Virus record (IMG/VR): IMGVR_UViG_3300025607_000091
Location: 1 to 50,144 of that record
Strand: one strand, 5' to 3'
Origin: a virus
Taxonomy: Duplodnaviria > Caudoviricetes
Length of the DNA: 50,144 bases
A program made the translations under genes and the position numbers. Numbering within the stretch: position 1 is the stretch's first letter; the number at the start of each line of letters is the position of its first letter. Positions 1-9,594 of this stretch are shown piece by piece. The notes under the pieces were generated by a model. That model worked only from the letters and a program-made list of their open reading frames with translations, had not been told where the DNA came from and made no database searches.

Positions 1-1209
1 ATGTCTAAATTTAAGCAATTTCTGTTAAATGAATACGGAAATGAATACGATTTCAGGATGAAAAGAAAATATTCAGAACCAAAAATCTATGACGCAAATG
101 GGGATTTGTCAAAACGTTGGTATGTGTATTTTTCTTTCAGAAATCCGAACACAAATAAACTAGAAAGACAGAAACCAATTTATGTTTCTTTACTGCTAAA
201 ATCCAAAAAAGATAGAATGGCAGAATTGAAAGTTTATCAAGCGTCATTATCTAAAATGTTAGGAAAAGGATTTTCTCCTTATGACAATGTAAATTTTGAT
301 TCTGAAGATAAATTAGTAACAACTCGTCAAGCTATCGAATTTGGTTTAAAAATCAAAAGCAATACCTTAAATCAAAGTTCCTACAAAAAGTATGAATCGC
401 GAATTAATCAATTTTTGAGATACACAAAAGAGATTGGTTATGATGTGAGAAATATCAAAGACTTGAATAAAAAGATTGTCAACGCTTTTTTGAATGATGT
501 TTTAGATAGGACCACACCTTCAAATAGAAATAATAGCAGAAGAGAAATAAGTTCTTTATTCAATATTCTTGTTGAAAATGAAATCCTTCAGCACAATTAT
601 GTAGAAGGAATAAAGAAATTAAAAACTCAAGCAAAAAAGAATAAAGCATACACACCAAAAGAAGCAGAATCTATTTTCAAGCATTTAAAAAATAATGATC
701 CGCAGCTTTTACTTTTTATAAAATTTGTGTCCTATAATTTTTTAAGACCTATAGAGGTATGTAGATTAAAAGTAAAAGATGTAGACATAGAGAATAGGCG
801 TTTAATCTTTAAAGCTAAAAACAAGCCTACCAAAATTAAGATACTTGTCGATTTGCTTTTAAAAGATATTCCTGATTTATCAAAATTGGATCCAGAATTT
901 TCTTTATTCACTCCTAATGGAGTTCCTGGTGTTTGGGGTATATCCGACGAGGATAAAAGAGGGTATATGACTAAACGTTATGGAAAAATAAAAAAACAAT
1001 TAGGTTATAGCGCTGATTATGGAATGTATTCTTTTAGACATACGTTTACAACCAAAGTTTATAGGAAATTACGCGAAACATTGACGCCTGATGAAACAGA
1101 AAGTAATTTAATGTTGATTACTGGGCACACTACAAGAGGTGCGCTAAGAAAGTACTTGAGAGAAATAGACGCGGAATTACCAGGTGATTATTCAGATTTA
1201 ATAATGTAA
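1..1209 (+). CDS. int: Tyrosine recombinase (phage integrase); start may be ATG at 58
   Basis: Catalytic motifs LRPIEV (R), YSFRHT (HxxR variant), GHTT and C-terminal KYL tyrosine. Confidence 0.92.
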   Translation: MSKFKQFLLNEYGNEYDFRMKRKYSEPKIYDANGDLSKRWYVYFSFRNPNTNKLERQKPIYVSLLLKSKKDRMAELKVYQASLSKMLGKGFSPYDNVNFDSEDKLVTTRQAIEFGLKIKSNTLNQSSYKKYESRINQFLRYTKEIGYDVRNIKDLNKKIVNAFLNDVLDRTTPSNRNNSRREISSLFNILVENEILQHNYVEGIKKLKTQAKKNKAYTPKEAESIFKHLKNNDPQLLLFIKFVSYNFLRPIEVCRLKVKDVDIENRRLIFKAKNKPTKIKILVDLLLKDIPDLSKLDPEFSLFTPNGVPGVWGISDEDKRGYMTKRYGKIKKQLGYSADYGMYSFRHTFTTKVYRKLRETLTPDETESNLMLITGHTTRGALRKYLREIDAELPGDYSDLIM

Positions 1210-1213
1210 AATA

Positions 1214-1240
1214 AAAAAACACTCTTATTGAGTGTTTTTT
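1214..1240. terminator. Bidirectional intrinsic terminator after the integrase
   Basis: AAAAAACACTC-ttatt-GAGTGTTTTTT hairpin with A and T tails. Confidence 0.8.
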
Positions 1241-1263
1241 ATGCTTAAATAAAGATTGGGATT

Positions 1264-1308
1264 TTAACCCTCATCTTCCATCGTGAAATTCTTAATAAAT
1301 GTTCTCAT
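1264..1308 (-). CDS. Putative 14-aa peptide MRTFIKNFTMEDEG
   Basis: Minus-strand TATATTTG -7 box at 1365-1358, A-rich leader, terminator downstream. Confidence 0.4.
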   Translation of the reverse strand: MRTFIKNFTMEDEG

Positions 1309-1375
1309 GTCTTATGTTTTTTAGTTAATTGGTATTTACAATGTAATGAATTTTCTGCAAATATAAGTATAAAAC

Positions 1376-2551
1376 TTATATATTTATATTATGTACAATC
1401 ATTATGCCATTCCCGTTTAATAACCATGAATTTGTAGATATATCAATAGAGTTGGAATCTTTTACAATATTAATACCTCCATTTTTTGTGTCTTGAAAAG
1501 TTCCAAAACAAGTACCTATTAAATTCACAGAACTATCATCAAAAGAATAATTGATTGAAAAATTTTCAACAGGTGACGAAACCCTGTGAGTATATCTATT
1601 ATCCTCTTTTTTCAAAACCCTTGTTTCTGTTATTTTGATCTGTATGTTATTATCAAAGTTTAATTCTTGTTTATCATTTTTTGGTTTTATTTTTGTCATA
1701 ATATCATACGGTAAAGATTCTTCTTCGTATTCCTCTGGGTCTAATTTATAATCTTTCCATAAATCTTTCCAATCGCCTTCGTTGTCAATAATCACTTGAA
1801 ATTTATGTATTTCCCTAAGTTCTTTAATTTCTATACCGTCAATTTTTTCATGAGTAACTCTTGTTTTTAAAAATAGTAACGCGTTACAGAATTCCTTTTT
1901 AGGGTTGTTTAATTTGAAAGTTGTTGAGATAGACTTTTCTAGCAAACCATCTTCCCTATATTTACATTTAATAATTATTTTGTAAGAACAGAAGTAAGGC
2001 GTTAGAAACAAACCGGCTATTTTCGCATCAATTTTTTTTAATGAGCTATTAGGTGAATTTGCATACTTTAAATACGCGCATTCAGTTGCATCGGTTCTTA
2101 GTTTATTTAATTCTTCAATATCTAGCCTTTTTAAAAACTCATTGTCTTTTAGAAGCCTTATAGAAGAATTATTAACATCGTTTAGTAAAGTTGGCATTCT
2201 TAGCAGTAAAGCTATAAGTGATGTAGCGATGAAAGTTAAACCTAAACTCATAAAGAATAATGAGAAGTTATACTCATTGAATAATATTTTCGGGATAGCC
2301 ATAGAAAAAAACACTAATGTTACTCCTGAAGATAGAACTAACCAAATTCTATTCTTTGTTAATCTTGATGATTCTGAAATTAATTTTTTTTCACTCATTT
2401 TATTAATAGTTTTAAGACATGTATCATATAAACTAAAAAAGAAATCCTTTATATATTTTAAAAATTTTCGCATAAAATTATTTTTTATAACTGTAATATA
2501 ATTCAAATATATTATTAGAGTCTGTAAAGCATGACTTTTTGGATATGACAA
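1376..2551 (-). CDS. Accessory membrane protein (2 TM segments plus large soluble C-terminal domain); true start probably downstream
   Basis: 391-aa ORF with hydrophobic segments IWLVLSSGVTLVFFSMAI and FSLFFMSLGLTFIATSLIALLL. Confidence 0.7.
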   Translation of the reverse strand: MSYPKSHALQTLIIYLNYITVIKNNFMRKFLKYIKDFFFSLYDTCLKTINKMSEKKLISESSRLTKNRIWLVLSSGVTLVFFSMAIPKILFNEYNFSLFFMSLGLTFIATSLIALLLRMPTLLNDVNNSSIRLLKDNEFLKRLDIEELNKLRTDATECAYLKYANSPNSSLKKIDAKIAGLFLTPYFCSYKIIIKCKYREDGLLEKSISTTFKLNNPKKEFCNALLFLKTRVTHEKIDGIEIKELREIHKFQVIIDNEGDWKDLWKDYKLDPEEYEEESLPYDIMTKIKPKNDKQELNFDNNIQIKITETRVLKKEDNRYTHRVSSPVENFSINYSFDDSSVNLIGTCFGTFQDTKNGGINIVKDSNSIDISTNSWLLNGNGIMIVHNINI

Positions 2552-3197
2552 ATCAGTAGCTTCATTAGTTTAAGCACATGTGTTTCTGTAATGTTTAAAT
2601 TTTTATTAGTTATAGTTCATTTTCAAATTAAACACCGCACAGACAAATATTATGGCTGATTTATCTACACGGTGTTCGCTAGTTTAACCCATTCTAAAAG
2701 GAAACTATTGGTTCGTTTTTTTTATTTTCCCAGTCCCGAATCTAAAACAATTTTAACTTTCACTAGTTTTGATTACTTCGATATAGCTAGTGTTAGCGAG
2801 TGCAATATCATCATAATTGGGTATTTTTTATTTTTTTTTGAAACTTCTAAATTTTTATGGGTAACGTTTATTTATTTTTGGTAACATGATAATGTGAAGG
2901 CGTTTCAAAACGAGTTTAAAACATTTTTTTTAAGTCTGGGAATGTAGTTTATTGTAATTAAAAACTAACTAAGGATTTATATTGAAAATAGTAAGGATTT
3001 TGCTTACTGATGTTTTAAACGAGTTTATTATTTTTAACAAAATAATATAAATACGCCCGAAATCATGACTTTTTAAACGAAAGTTATACAAAAAAAGAGT
3101 TGAAAAAATGGTGATAACTTAGGCTTTACATCGTTGATATGTAATTGATTAATTGATAATTTCGTGACAGAAAAATTAATCATTTAAAGTATCAATT

Positions 3198-3395
3198 ATG
3201 AAAAAAGTATTATTTATCGCAGTAGCATTATTTAGTTTAGTATTAATCACCTCATGTGAGAATGATTCAATAGAAGACTTACAACAACAAGAAAACGAAC
3301 TTAACCAAATAGAAACTTATGCACGAGAAGGTGATACAGGACACGAAGAAGTCGGAGACCCGGAAGAGGAAGAGCCGATGGAAACTGGTGACTAG
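3198..3395 (+). CDS. Small acidic lipoprotein
   Basis: MKK, hydrophobic core, lipobox LITSC, then acidic low-complexity tail. Confidence 0.75.
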   Translation: MKKVLFIAVALFSLVLITSCENDSIEDLQQQENELNQIETYAREGDTGHEEVGDPEEEEPMETGD

Positions 3396-4143
3396 ATTAA
3401 GTAAAACTATATTATTAGGGGCAGTGGTTCTTTTAGCTATCACTGTTCCTTTTTCACATGAATACCAGCCTAAAAAATCCTTAGATAAGACAAACAACAT
3501 TAATGATTATCATGAGATTATAAAGGAAAGAAATAATCTCACGGAGGATAATTTATCTCGATTTGAAAAAGGAGACATTTCTAAAGAGCAATACTTAGTA
3601 AGTTTTAGACAAGTCATTTCTAGCTCTAAATTAAAACTTAGAAACAACAAAAAAGAAAGGCTCGCGATAAAGTCAAATGAATCATATTTAGGCTATACCT
3701 CTTATAAAAACTTTCTTCTTGGTATTGGATTCCCTATAAGCGGATTTATTCTATCTATTCTATTCTTAAACATAGTAGTTCGAAACATACAAAATTCCTT
3801 TAAAAAGAAATACTACATCATTGTTTCATTCGTTTTTATAGCTGCTTGGGGTTATTGGCTAGCCTGGAGTTGTTTAGATTTCGCTTTTGATCCAATTAGA
3901 GGTTATGATTGGGAAAGGAAATACTATAATATAGCATTGTATTTTTTACCAACAACAATATTTATAGCTTCATATTTTTTATTCACATATTTTGATACTA
4001 TTGAACAAAAATTTAGAGATGCTATTAAAAATATGTTTGGATACATCTTTGAATCATCTAATGATTTAAAAGAAGAAACAATTGAGGATCATAAAATCAA
4101 AAGAGGAAAATTAATCAGAGAAACCTTAGACAATGTCAAATAA
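3319..4143 (+). CDS. Multi-pass membrane protein (about 4 hydrophobic segments)
   Basis: ORF track and hydrophobic stretches; start uncertain because it overlaps the upstream gene. Confidence 0.65.
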   Translation: MHEKVIQDTKKSETRKRKSRWKLVTRLSKTILLGAVVLLAITVPFSHEYQPKKSLDKTNNINDYHEIIKERNNLTEDNLSRFEKGDISKEQYLVSFRQVISSSKLKLRNNKKERLAIKSNESYLGYTSYKNFLLGIGFPISGFILSILFLNIVVRNIQNSFKKKYYIIVSFVFIAAWGYWLAWSCLDFAFDPIRGYDWERKYYNIALYFLPTTIFIASYFLFTYFDTIEQKFRDAIKNMFGYIFESSNDLKEETIEDHKIKRGKLIRETLDNVK

Positions 4144-4333
4144 TAGTAAATGTAAAAAAGAAATTGTCTACTCTGGATTAATACCTGAAGCTTATATTGA
4201 AGAAGCTACTGATGCATTATCAAAGTATGATAAGCTAGAAGAAGAAATTAAAAAGAGAAATGAAGCAAACCAAAAAGCTTCAAGTTTTCTAGAGATTAAT
4301 AAAGTATATTTTAGGCCTTCATTCAATTTTTAG
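4133..4333 (+). CDS. Hypothetical protein
   Basis: 66-aa ORF overlapping the upstream stop. Confidence 0.5.
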   Translation: MSNNSKCKKEIVYSGLIPEAYIEEATDALSKYDKLEEEIKKRNEANQKASSFLEINKVYFRPSFNF

Positions 4334-4343
4334 ACAACAAATC

Positions 4344-5060
4344 ATGATAGTATTGTTTGTATTAGCTGTTTTAATTATATTAATAGTATTTATTTCTAAT
4401 TCAAAAAAGGATGACGTTGAAAAACGTGAGCGTATTGAAAAACTAAGTAATGACATATATCTAAAGAAGATAGAGAAGGAAAAAGAATATACTCTTGAAG
4501 GTATTATAGGTAATATAGAATTAGTTTATCAGGTTGATGACTTTGATAAGACTGAATGGATACATTTTAATAATATATCTCAAGATGGGTATAAGTATCT
4601 TCCTATGTATTTTGAGTCAATTGTGGATGATTTAGTTTCTCACAAACATATAGGTTTGTCTTTCTCATTATTTAAAAATAAAACATATCTGCTAGATGTT
4701 TATAGTTATGGTGTTAATGAAATGGGGCTCGCTAAAGGAGATGAACTGAAGTTAATCTTTGAAAATGGAGATAAAATTGACATTGTATTCGAGCAGTTAA
4801 GATCTAGTCAACCTGGTTTTAAATCAAATTGTTATATTCTTAATGAAAATGAATTAAAAACATTTTCGAATGAAAAATTAGATAAATGGAAACTAACTTC
4901 TACAAAAAGAAATATTTATGTTGTTGGTGACAATTCTATTTTCTTTGAGAGATGTAAAATTAAATCTAAAAATATATCACAAGAAGTTTTAAAACATTTA
5001 GCTACAACAATAATAAATGTACACACCAAAAAAAGAAGCAAAGTACATAGTGTTAAATAA
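4344..5060 (+). CDS. Membrane-anchored hypothetical protein
   Basis: N-terminal hydrophobic anchor MIVLFVLAVLIILIVFIS. Confidence 0.7.
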   Translation: MIVLFVLAVLIILIVFISNSKKDDVEKRERIEKLSNDIYLKKIEKEKEYTLEGIIGNIELVYQVDDFDKTEWIHFNNISQDGYKYLPMYFESIVDDLVSHKHIGLSFSLFKNKTYLLDVYSYGVNEMGLAKGDELKLIFENGDKIDIVFEQLRSSQPGFKSNCYILNENELKTFSNEKLDKWKLTSTKRNIYVVGDNSIFFERCKIKSKNISQEVLKHLATTIINVHTKKRSKVHSVK

Positions 5061-5081
5061 ACATATAAATAACTATATATA

Positions 5082-5636
5082 ATGAAATATCAATTAATAG
5101 TTTACGTTTTATCATTATTATTATTATTTTCATGCTCAAACAAAAATAGTTTGGATATAGAAAGTGTAATCGAAATGCACAATCAATATGATTACAATAA
5201 TTTGCAAAAACACTACACTAACGACTATAAAGAGTTATCAGGTAATTATATAGACATAGATGGGAAATTAGAGTTAAAAAACGCATTAGAATATTACGAG
5301 CTTCTTGAATACAGAACAAAATTAATCTCTATTAAAAGAATAGATGGTAAGATTGAAACAATTGAAGAAATAAATAATATACAAAACATTACTTTAGGAC
5401 TAGGTAAACAAAAGTTTAAAGTTATTTACAATATTAAGAACAACTTAATTACTTCAACAATAGTAGAGCATATTAAATCAAGTGATTCCACTAATAATTT
5501 AATAAAAACATTAGATTTTTTCGACTTTTGTTCTAAATATAATTATAAATTTAATGAGAAATCTGATAAGAAGTCAGGGGTAATTAAATTAAAAGCTTTA
5601 AAAATGTACTCTAATAAAGAATCGGAAGAGATATAG
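5082..5636 (+). CDS. Putative lipoprotein
   Basis: Signal peptide ending LLLFSC. Confidence 0.7.
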   Translation: MKYQLIVYVLSLLLLFSCSNKNSLDIESVIEMHNQYDYNNLQKHYTNDYKELSGNYIDIDGKLELKNALEYYELLEYRTKLISIKRIDGKIETIEEINNIQNITLGLGKQKFKVIYNIKNNLITSTIVEHIKSSDSTNNLIKTLDFFDFCSKYNYKFNEKSDKKSGVIKLKALKMYSNKESEEI

Positions 5637-5674
5637 GCGGGTATATTTTAAATAAAACTTATACTATTAAACAC

Positions 5675-5706
5675 AAAAAAGGCGCTAAGTTAATTAGCGC
5701 CTTTTT
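5675..5706. terminator. Bidirectional terminator between the accessory operon and the repressor
   Basis: AAAAAAGGCGCTAA-gttaa-TTAGCGCCTTTTT. Confidence 0.85.
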
Positions 5707-5752
5707 CTTTACTATATATTAAAGGTGTTGAATACGGCACCTTTCTATTCGA

Positions 5753-6139
5753 TTACTTATAATCTACTTTAATTCCCTGATCTTCCAAAAACTTAGTTAC
5801 AGCTTTGGTTTCAATATCCTGTATAATAAGGTCAAAATATCTGTATTTGCCTCTAAAGTATTCAATATTTTCAGACACTATATATATCCCTTCTTTTTCT
5901 GGAAATTTTATTTCATCGTCTGAAATAAAAAGATTTAAGTTAGATAGTTTGTCTTCCTTCATATTACTAGAGCTGTAATTTTCAAAAAACTTTACCAATA
6001 TTGGGATTTTAGTCCCCGGTATTTTCCCTCCATTCTCGTAATTATATATTGTGTTCTTACTCATTCCGAGTTTAGCACCAAGCTCTTCTTGTGACAAGTT
6101 GAGTTCTATTCTTTTTAATTTGATTTCTTTACCGTTCAT
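5753..6139 (-). CDS. XRE-family HTH repressor (CI-like)
   Basis: IKLKRIELNLSQEELGAKLGMSKNTIYNYENGGKIP; divergent from the early operon. Confidence 0.88.
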   Translation of the reverse strand: MNGKEIKLKRIELNLSQEELGAKLGMSKNTIYNYENGGKIPGTKIPILVKFFENYSSSNMKEDKLSNLNLFISDDEIKFPEKEGIYIVSENIEYFRGKYRYFDLIIQDIETKAVTKFLEDQGIKVDYK

Positions 6140-6181
6140 TATCAGTTAGTTATGAGTATAAATCACAATATCGCGAATTAA

Positions 6182-6225
6182 TCCCAATATTTGTATTGAC
6201 AATCCAAATATTGGGACTATATTTG
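6182..6225. promoter_or_regulatory. Switch region: paired operators and rightward -7 promoter box
   Basis: TCCCAATATTTG (6182-6193) and CAAATATTGGGA (6205-6216) form a perfect inverted repeat; TATATTTG at 6218-6225; related CCAATATTGG palindrome at 5995-6004. Confidence 0.65.
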
Positions 6226-6257
6226 TATCGCAATACAGAAACAAAGATACTAAAATT

Positions 6258-6539
6258 ATGAAATTATTAACACAAACTTCGGAATTGATAGAATTACTAA
6301 AGGGATGTACTTCTTTAGAGTCAATGGACCAGTTAAAAAACGGTGATGTTGTTTTCGATTTTTTCAATCCAATTTTAGATAAACAAGAAAAAGGAGTTCA
6401 GGCAATTATGCACAAAGAGTTCTTTAGTGTTTCTGATGTAAATGTTCTTGAATCTCATATAGTAGATGAAAATGATTTCTTCATCAATGAGTTATTGAGC
6501 AATACAATTCAAATGGAATTATCAATTGTAAACTACTAA
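6258..6539 (+). CDS. Hypothetical early protein
   Basis: First ORF after the rightward promoter. Confidence 0.6.
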   Translation: MKLLTQTSELIELLKGCTSLESMDQLKNGDVVFDFFNPILDKQEKGVQAIMHKEFFSVSDVNVLESHIVDENDFFINELLSNTIQMELSIVNY

Positions 6540-6543
6540 TCAA

Positions 6544-6735
6544 ATGGCAACTACACTATCAGCAAACAGCACGGAAACAGTTTCGGTATTAATCAGAACG
6601 GCATTTGATAAAATAGATTTTGCTAATGATTACATCTATAACGAAGCTGACAAATTAATAAAAACAGCAAAGGAGTTAGGATTAATGGATTTAGCTCAGC
6701 AATTACACAACGATAAGTTAACAGAATTAATATAA
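6544..6735 (+). CDS. Hypothetical protein
   Basis: Tightly packed operon ORF. Confidence 0.6.
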   Translation: MATTLSANSTETVSVLIRTAFDKIDFANDYIYNEADKLIKTAKELGLMDLAQQLHNDKLTELI

Positions 6736-6740
6736 AACGA

Positions 6741-6968
6741 ATGAAAGATATAGAAAGATTAAACAAAGTGTATCATCAAGACTTAGAAGGCTTAAAGTCC
6801 TTGTCTGCTGAAAAATACGGTTGTTCAGTCGCTTATTTCAGAAGAATAGTTGACAATGTACCAAAAAACAATATAGGGGTGCCTAAAGCTATTCAAGCGG
6901 TAAAGGACGCGTCAAAGGAAATATTTACAAAACACAAAAAGATTAACAAATACATTCAATCAATATAA
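6741..6968 (+). CDS. Small possible DNA-binding (Cro-like) protein
   Basis: SAEKYGCSVAYFRRIV resembles an HTH; position fits. Confidence 0.4.
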   Translation: MKDIERLNKVYHQDLEGLKSLSAEKYGCSVAYFRRIVDNVPKNNIGVPKAIQAVKDASKEIFTKHKKINKYIQSI

Positions 6969-6975
6969 AGTAACA

Positions 6976-7164
6976 ATGCAAGCAGAAGTAGTATATCCAT
7001 TAATTAAAGAGCTTCAACCAGTTGAGCTTTTAAAACTATACCGAAAGATAGGTAGTATGGTTAGGATGGATTCTACGCCTGTAATTAATAAAGCTAAAAA
7101 TAGTGTTTTGACAGAAGAACAAGCAATTGAAAACTTGTTTAGAAAAGGACACTTAAAACGATAA
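6976..7164 (+). CDS. Hypothetical protein
   Basis: Operon ORF. Confidence 0.55.
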   Translation: MQAEVVYPLIKELQPVELLKLYRKIGSMVRMDSTPVINKAKNSVLTEEQAIENLFRKGHLKR

Positions 7165-7274
7165 GAAAAGCTGCAGAGGTAGGACTTGAATTATTAGTGC
7201 CGCACACATTTAATGGAGTATTCCTCTGCTTTTTTTGACAATCAACACTAACAATAACTATTAAACTAAGAATT

Positions 7275-8102
7275 ATGGGAAATTCAAACAACAATCAATT
7301 AGAAATAGCTAAACAGCTAAATTCAAGTGTCATTTCGGTACTTGGTCAAGAGAACTTAATAGGTTTTGAAAAAGCTTATTTAATCGCTAATGCAACAGGG
7401 CAACTAAAAGCATTGTTAACTCCTGAATACATGAGGCCAATCATGCAATTACAGGGAAATGTTTTAGGGTTCAAAACCGACAAGGATAAAAACGGAGGTT
7501 ATAAAGAAGAGATAGTTAAAAATTGTTTGATTGAAGCGGTGTTAATGGGTTTACAGCCTTACGGGAATCAATTCAATATTATAGCAGGAAATACTTATCC
7601 AACTAAACAAGGGTTAGGGTATTTACTATCAAACTTCAAAGGACTTTCTTATGAAATTATTCCTTCTCTTCCACGAGTAAATAAAGAAAACACTAGTGCT
7701 GCAATTGTAATGAATATTTCATGGTCTGTTAACGGCTCTAAAGTTAAAGAAAGACAAATTGAGATACCGATCAAAGTAAATAATTTCATGGGTACCGATG
7801 CAATTATCGGTAAAGCCACTAGAAAAGCAAGAGCATGGTTATACAGTACAATTACTGGAAGTGAAATTTCTGATGGAGATATACAAGATTTAGACTCAGC
7901 TACACAAACCATAGTTATTGAACCAGCCAAATTAGATGAAGAGCTTGAAAGAATACTTTCATTCTTGGATAAAGCAGAAAGTCAAGCGGATGTTGACTCG
8001 ATTAAAAACTCTTTAGACGCTCAACAATTAGAAGCTTTAAAAGTTGAAATCGAAGAGGTAGAAAACAATATCATTATATCATTAGAAACTAAATCAGCTT
8101 AA
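7275..8102 (+). CDS. Putative single-strand annealing protein (RecT/Sak-like)
   Basis: GLQPYGNQFNIIAG and GKATRKARAWL motifs; sits directly before an exonuclease. Confidence 0.55.
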   Translation: MGNSNNNQLEIAKQLNSSVISVLGQENLIGFEKAYLIANATGQLKALLTPEYMRPIMQLQGNVLGFKTDKDKNGGYKEEIVKNCLIEAVLMGLQPYGNQFNIIAGNTYPTKQGLGYLLSNFKGLSYEIIPSLPRVNKENTSAAIVMNISWSVNGSKVKERQIEIPIKVNNFMGTDAIIGKATRKARAWLYSTITGSEISDGDIQDLDSATQTIVIEPAKLDEELERILSFLDKAESQADVDSIKNSLDAQQLEALKVEIEEVENNIIISLETKSA

Positions 8103-8104
8103 TT

Positions 8105-9052
8105 ATGGACTTCAATAACTTTTTATTCAGACCTCACGCAGTAACTAAAATAATGGGAGGAATTCCAAAACCATTAACTGCAAACCAACAAAAAACCCAT
8201 GATGATTTATTAGCTCGTCATGAAGGAGAAGGAAAAAAATTAACGATTAAACAAGTTGAAACTTTAGGAGGTTTATCAGAACGTAAAAACGCAAAATGCA
8301 AACTTACGGATGGTGCTAAAAAAGAGCTTGTAAAATTGGTTTATGAATTTTTAACTAAAAGATCTAGCAAGATAAAAGCCAAGTACCTGGACAAAGGAAT
8401 TCAGCAAGAGGACAAGTCAATTACTACCTATTCAAATGTATTAGACAAACTTCTTCTTAAAAACAAAGAACGTAGAACCAATGATTTCTTTTCTGGCGAA
8501 TGTGACAATTCACAAGAAATGATCAGAGATATAAAAACCTCTTGGAGTTTTGAAAGCTTCCCTTTAATGGATGAAGTAATTAAAAACAGTGGGTACCAAT
8601 GGCAATTGGATTGCTATATGGATTTATGGGATTTGAAACAATCTGAGCTTGTTTATTGCTTAGTTGATACACCAACAAAGTTATTGAATGACGAAGTAAA
8701 AAGGGAATGTTGGAAAAACAACCTTTTGGATCAAGAAGGGAATGTTGACAGCGAAATAGGTAAAGAATTACTAATTGAAACTATCTGCAATCACATTTTC
8801 ACTTTCAAAGGTTTAGAGGCTTTTTGCAATCAAAGTTCGATTGTTGAATTGGAATGGTTCGAGGGATTATTTACTGAAATACCTGAAGAAATGAGAATCA
8901 AAGTATTTACACATGATTATTGCGAAAAGCGTAATTCTCAACTAAAAGAAATGATTGCATTAGCAAGGGATTACATGGACGAAATTTTGCTTTCAATACC
9001 TGACAATCAAAAGAAACTAATCGAATTAAAAGAAACACAAAAAGCAGCTTAA
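8105..9052 (+). CDS. YqaJ/lambda-Exo-like PD-(D/E)xK exonuclease
   Basis: KGIQQE, SGECD...DIKTSW, YQWQLDCYM. Confidence 0.75.
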   Translation: MDFNNFLFRPHAVTKIMGGIPKPLTANQQKTHDDLLARHEGEGKKLTIKQVETLGGLSERKNAKCKLTDGAKKELVKLVYEFLTKRSSKIKAKYLDKGIQQEDKSITTYSNVLDKLLLKNKERRTNDFFSGECDNSQEMIRDIKTSWSFESFPLMDEVIKNSGYQWQLDCYMDLWDLKQSELVYCLVDTPTKLLNDEVKRECWKNNLLDQEGNVDSEIGKELLIETICNHIFTFKGLEAFCNQSSIVELEWFEGLFTEIPEEMRIKVFTHDYCEKRNSQLKEMIALARDYMDEILLSIPDNQKKLIELKETQKAA

Positions 9053-9054
9053 TT

Positions 9055-9288
9055 ATGTCGCGATTAGATAAAGAAAGGCAAGAAAAACTTGAACCAACAA
9101 GACTAAAAAAAGCTTTAAAAGAGTTTGAGAAAATTGATGTTAAGATAGTTTGTTATAGCGACACCGCAATAACTATACAACACAAAGGTAAAAACGTTTT
9201 GTATCACGCTTACTCAGGATGGGCAACTGGTAAAACTATAAAAGATGGTAGGGGTTTAAAAAACCTTTTAAAACAAATAAAAAATTAA
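9055..9288 (+). CDS. Hypothetical phage protein
   Basis: YSGWATGKTIKDGRGLKNLLKQ; operon context. Confidence 0.6.
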   Translation: MSRLDKERQEKLEPTRLKKALKEFEKIDVKIVCYSDTAITIQHKGKNVLYHAYSGWATGKTIKDGRGLKNLLKQIKN

Positions 9289-9312
9289 TAATCACCCAAT
9301 AAAAAAAGAAAT

Positions 9313-9591
9313 ATGAAAGTATTAATAGTAGGACAAGTAACACAAGTCGGAGCAGTTCAAGAATACGGCGCAAACGGTTTTAAAAAAGCAGAAGTAATTG
9401 TAAAAACAATAGAGGAACGCCCTAATTTTTATGTAGTAGAATTTACACATGATAATATCGATTTACTTAAAGAATTCAAAGAAGGGGATAACATGAAATT
9501 CACTTGTGGTTTAAATGGTAGAGAATACAAAAAAGATGACAAGTATTCTGTATTCATGAGTTTGAACGCTTGGAAAATTGAAAAAGCTTAA
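9313..9591 (+). CDS. DUF3127-like OB-fold ssDNA-binding protein
   Basis: GANGFKKAEVIV...LNGREY...SLNAWKIE. Confidence 0.75.
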   Translation: MKVLIVGQVTQVGAVQEYGANGFKKAEVIVKTIEERPNFYVVEFTHDNIDLLKEFKEGDNMKFTCGLNGREYKKDDKYSVFMSLNAWKIEKA

Positions 9592-9594
9592 GGT

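Noticed and set aside
2600-2890. ORF 2672-2884 (+) or a decayed minus-strand gene
   Set aside because: Phe-rich low-complexity translation; minus-strand fragments are broken by several stops and cannot be assigned.
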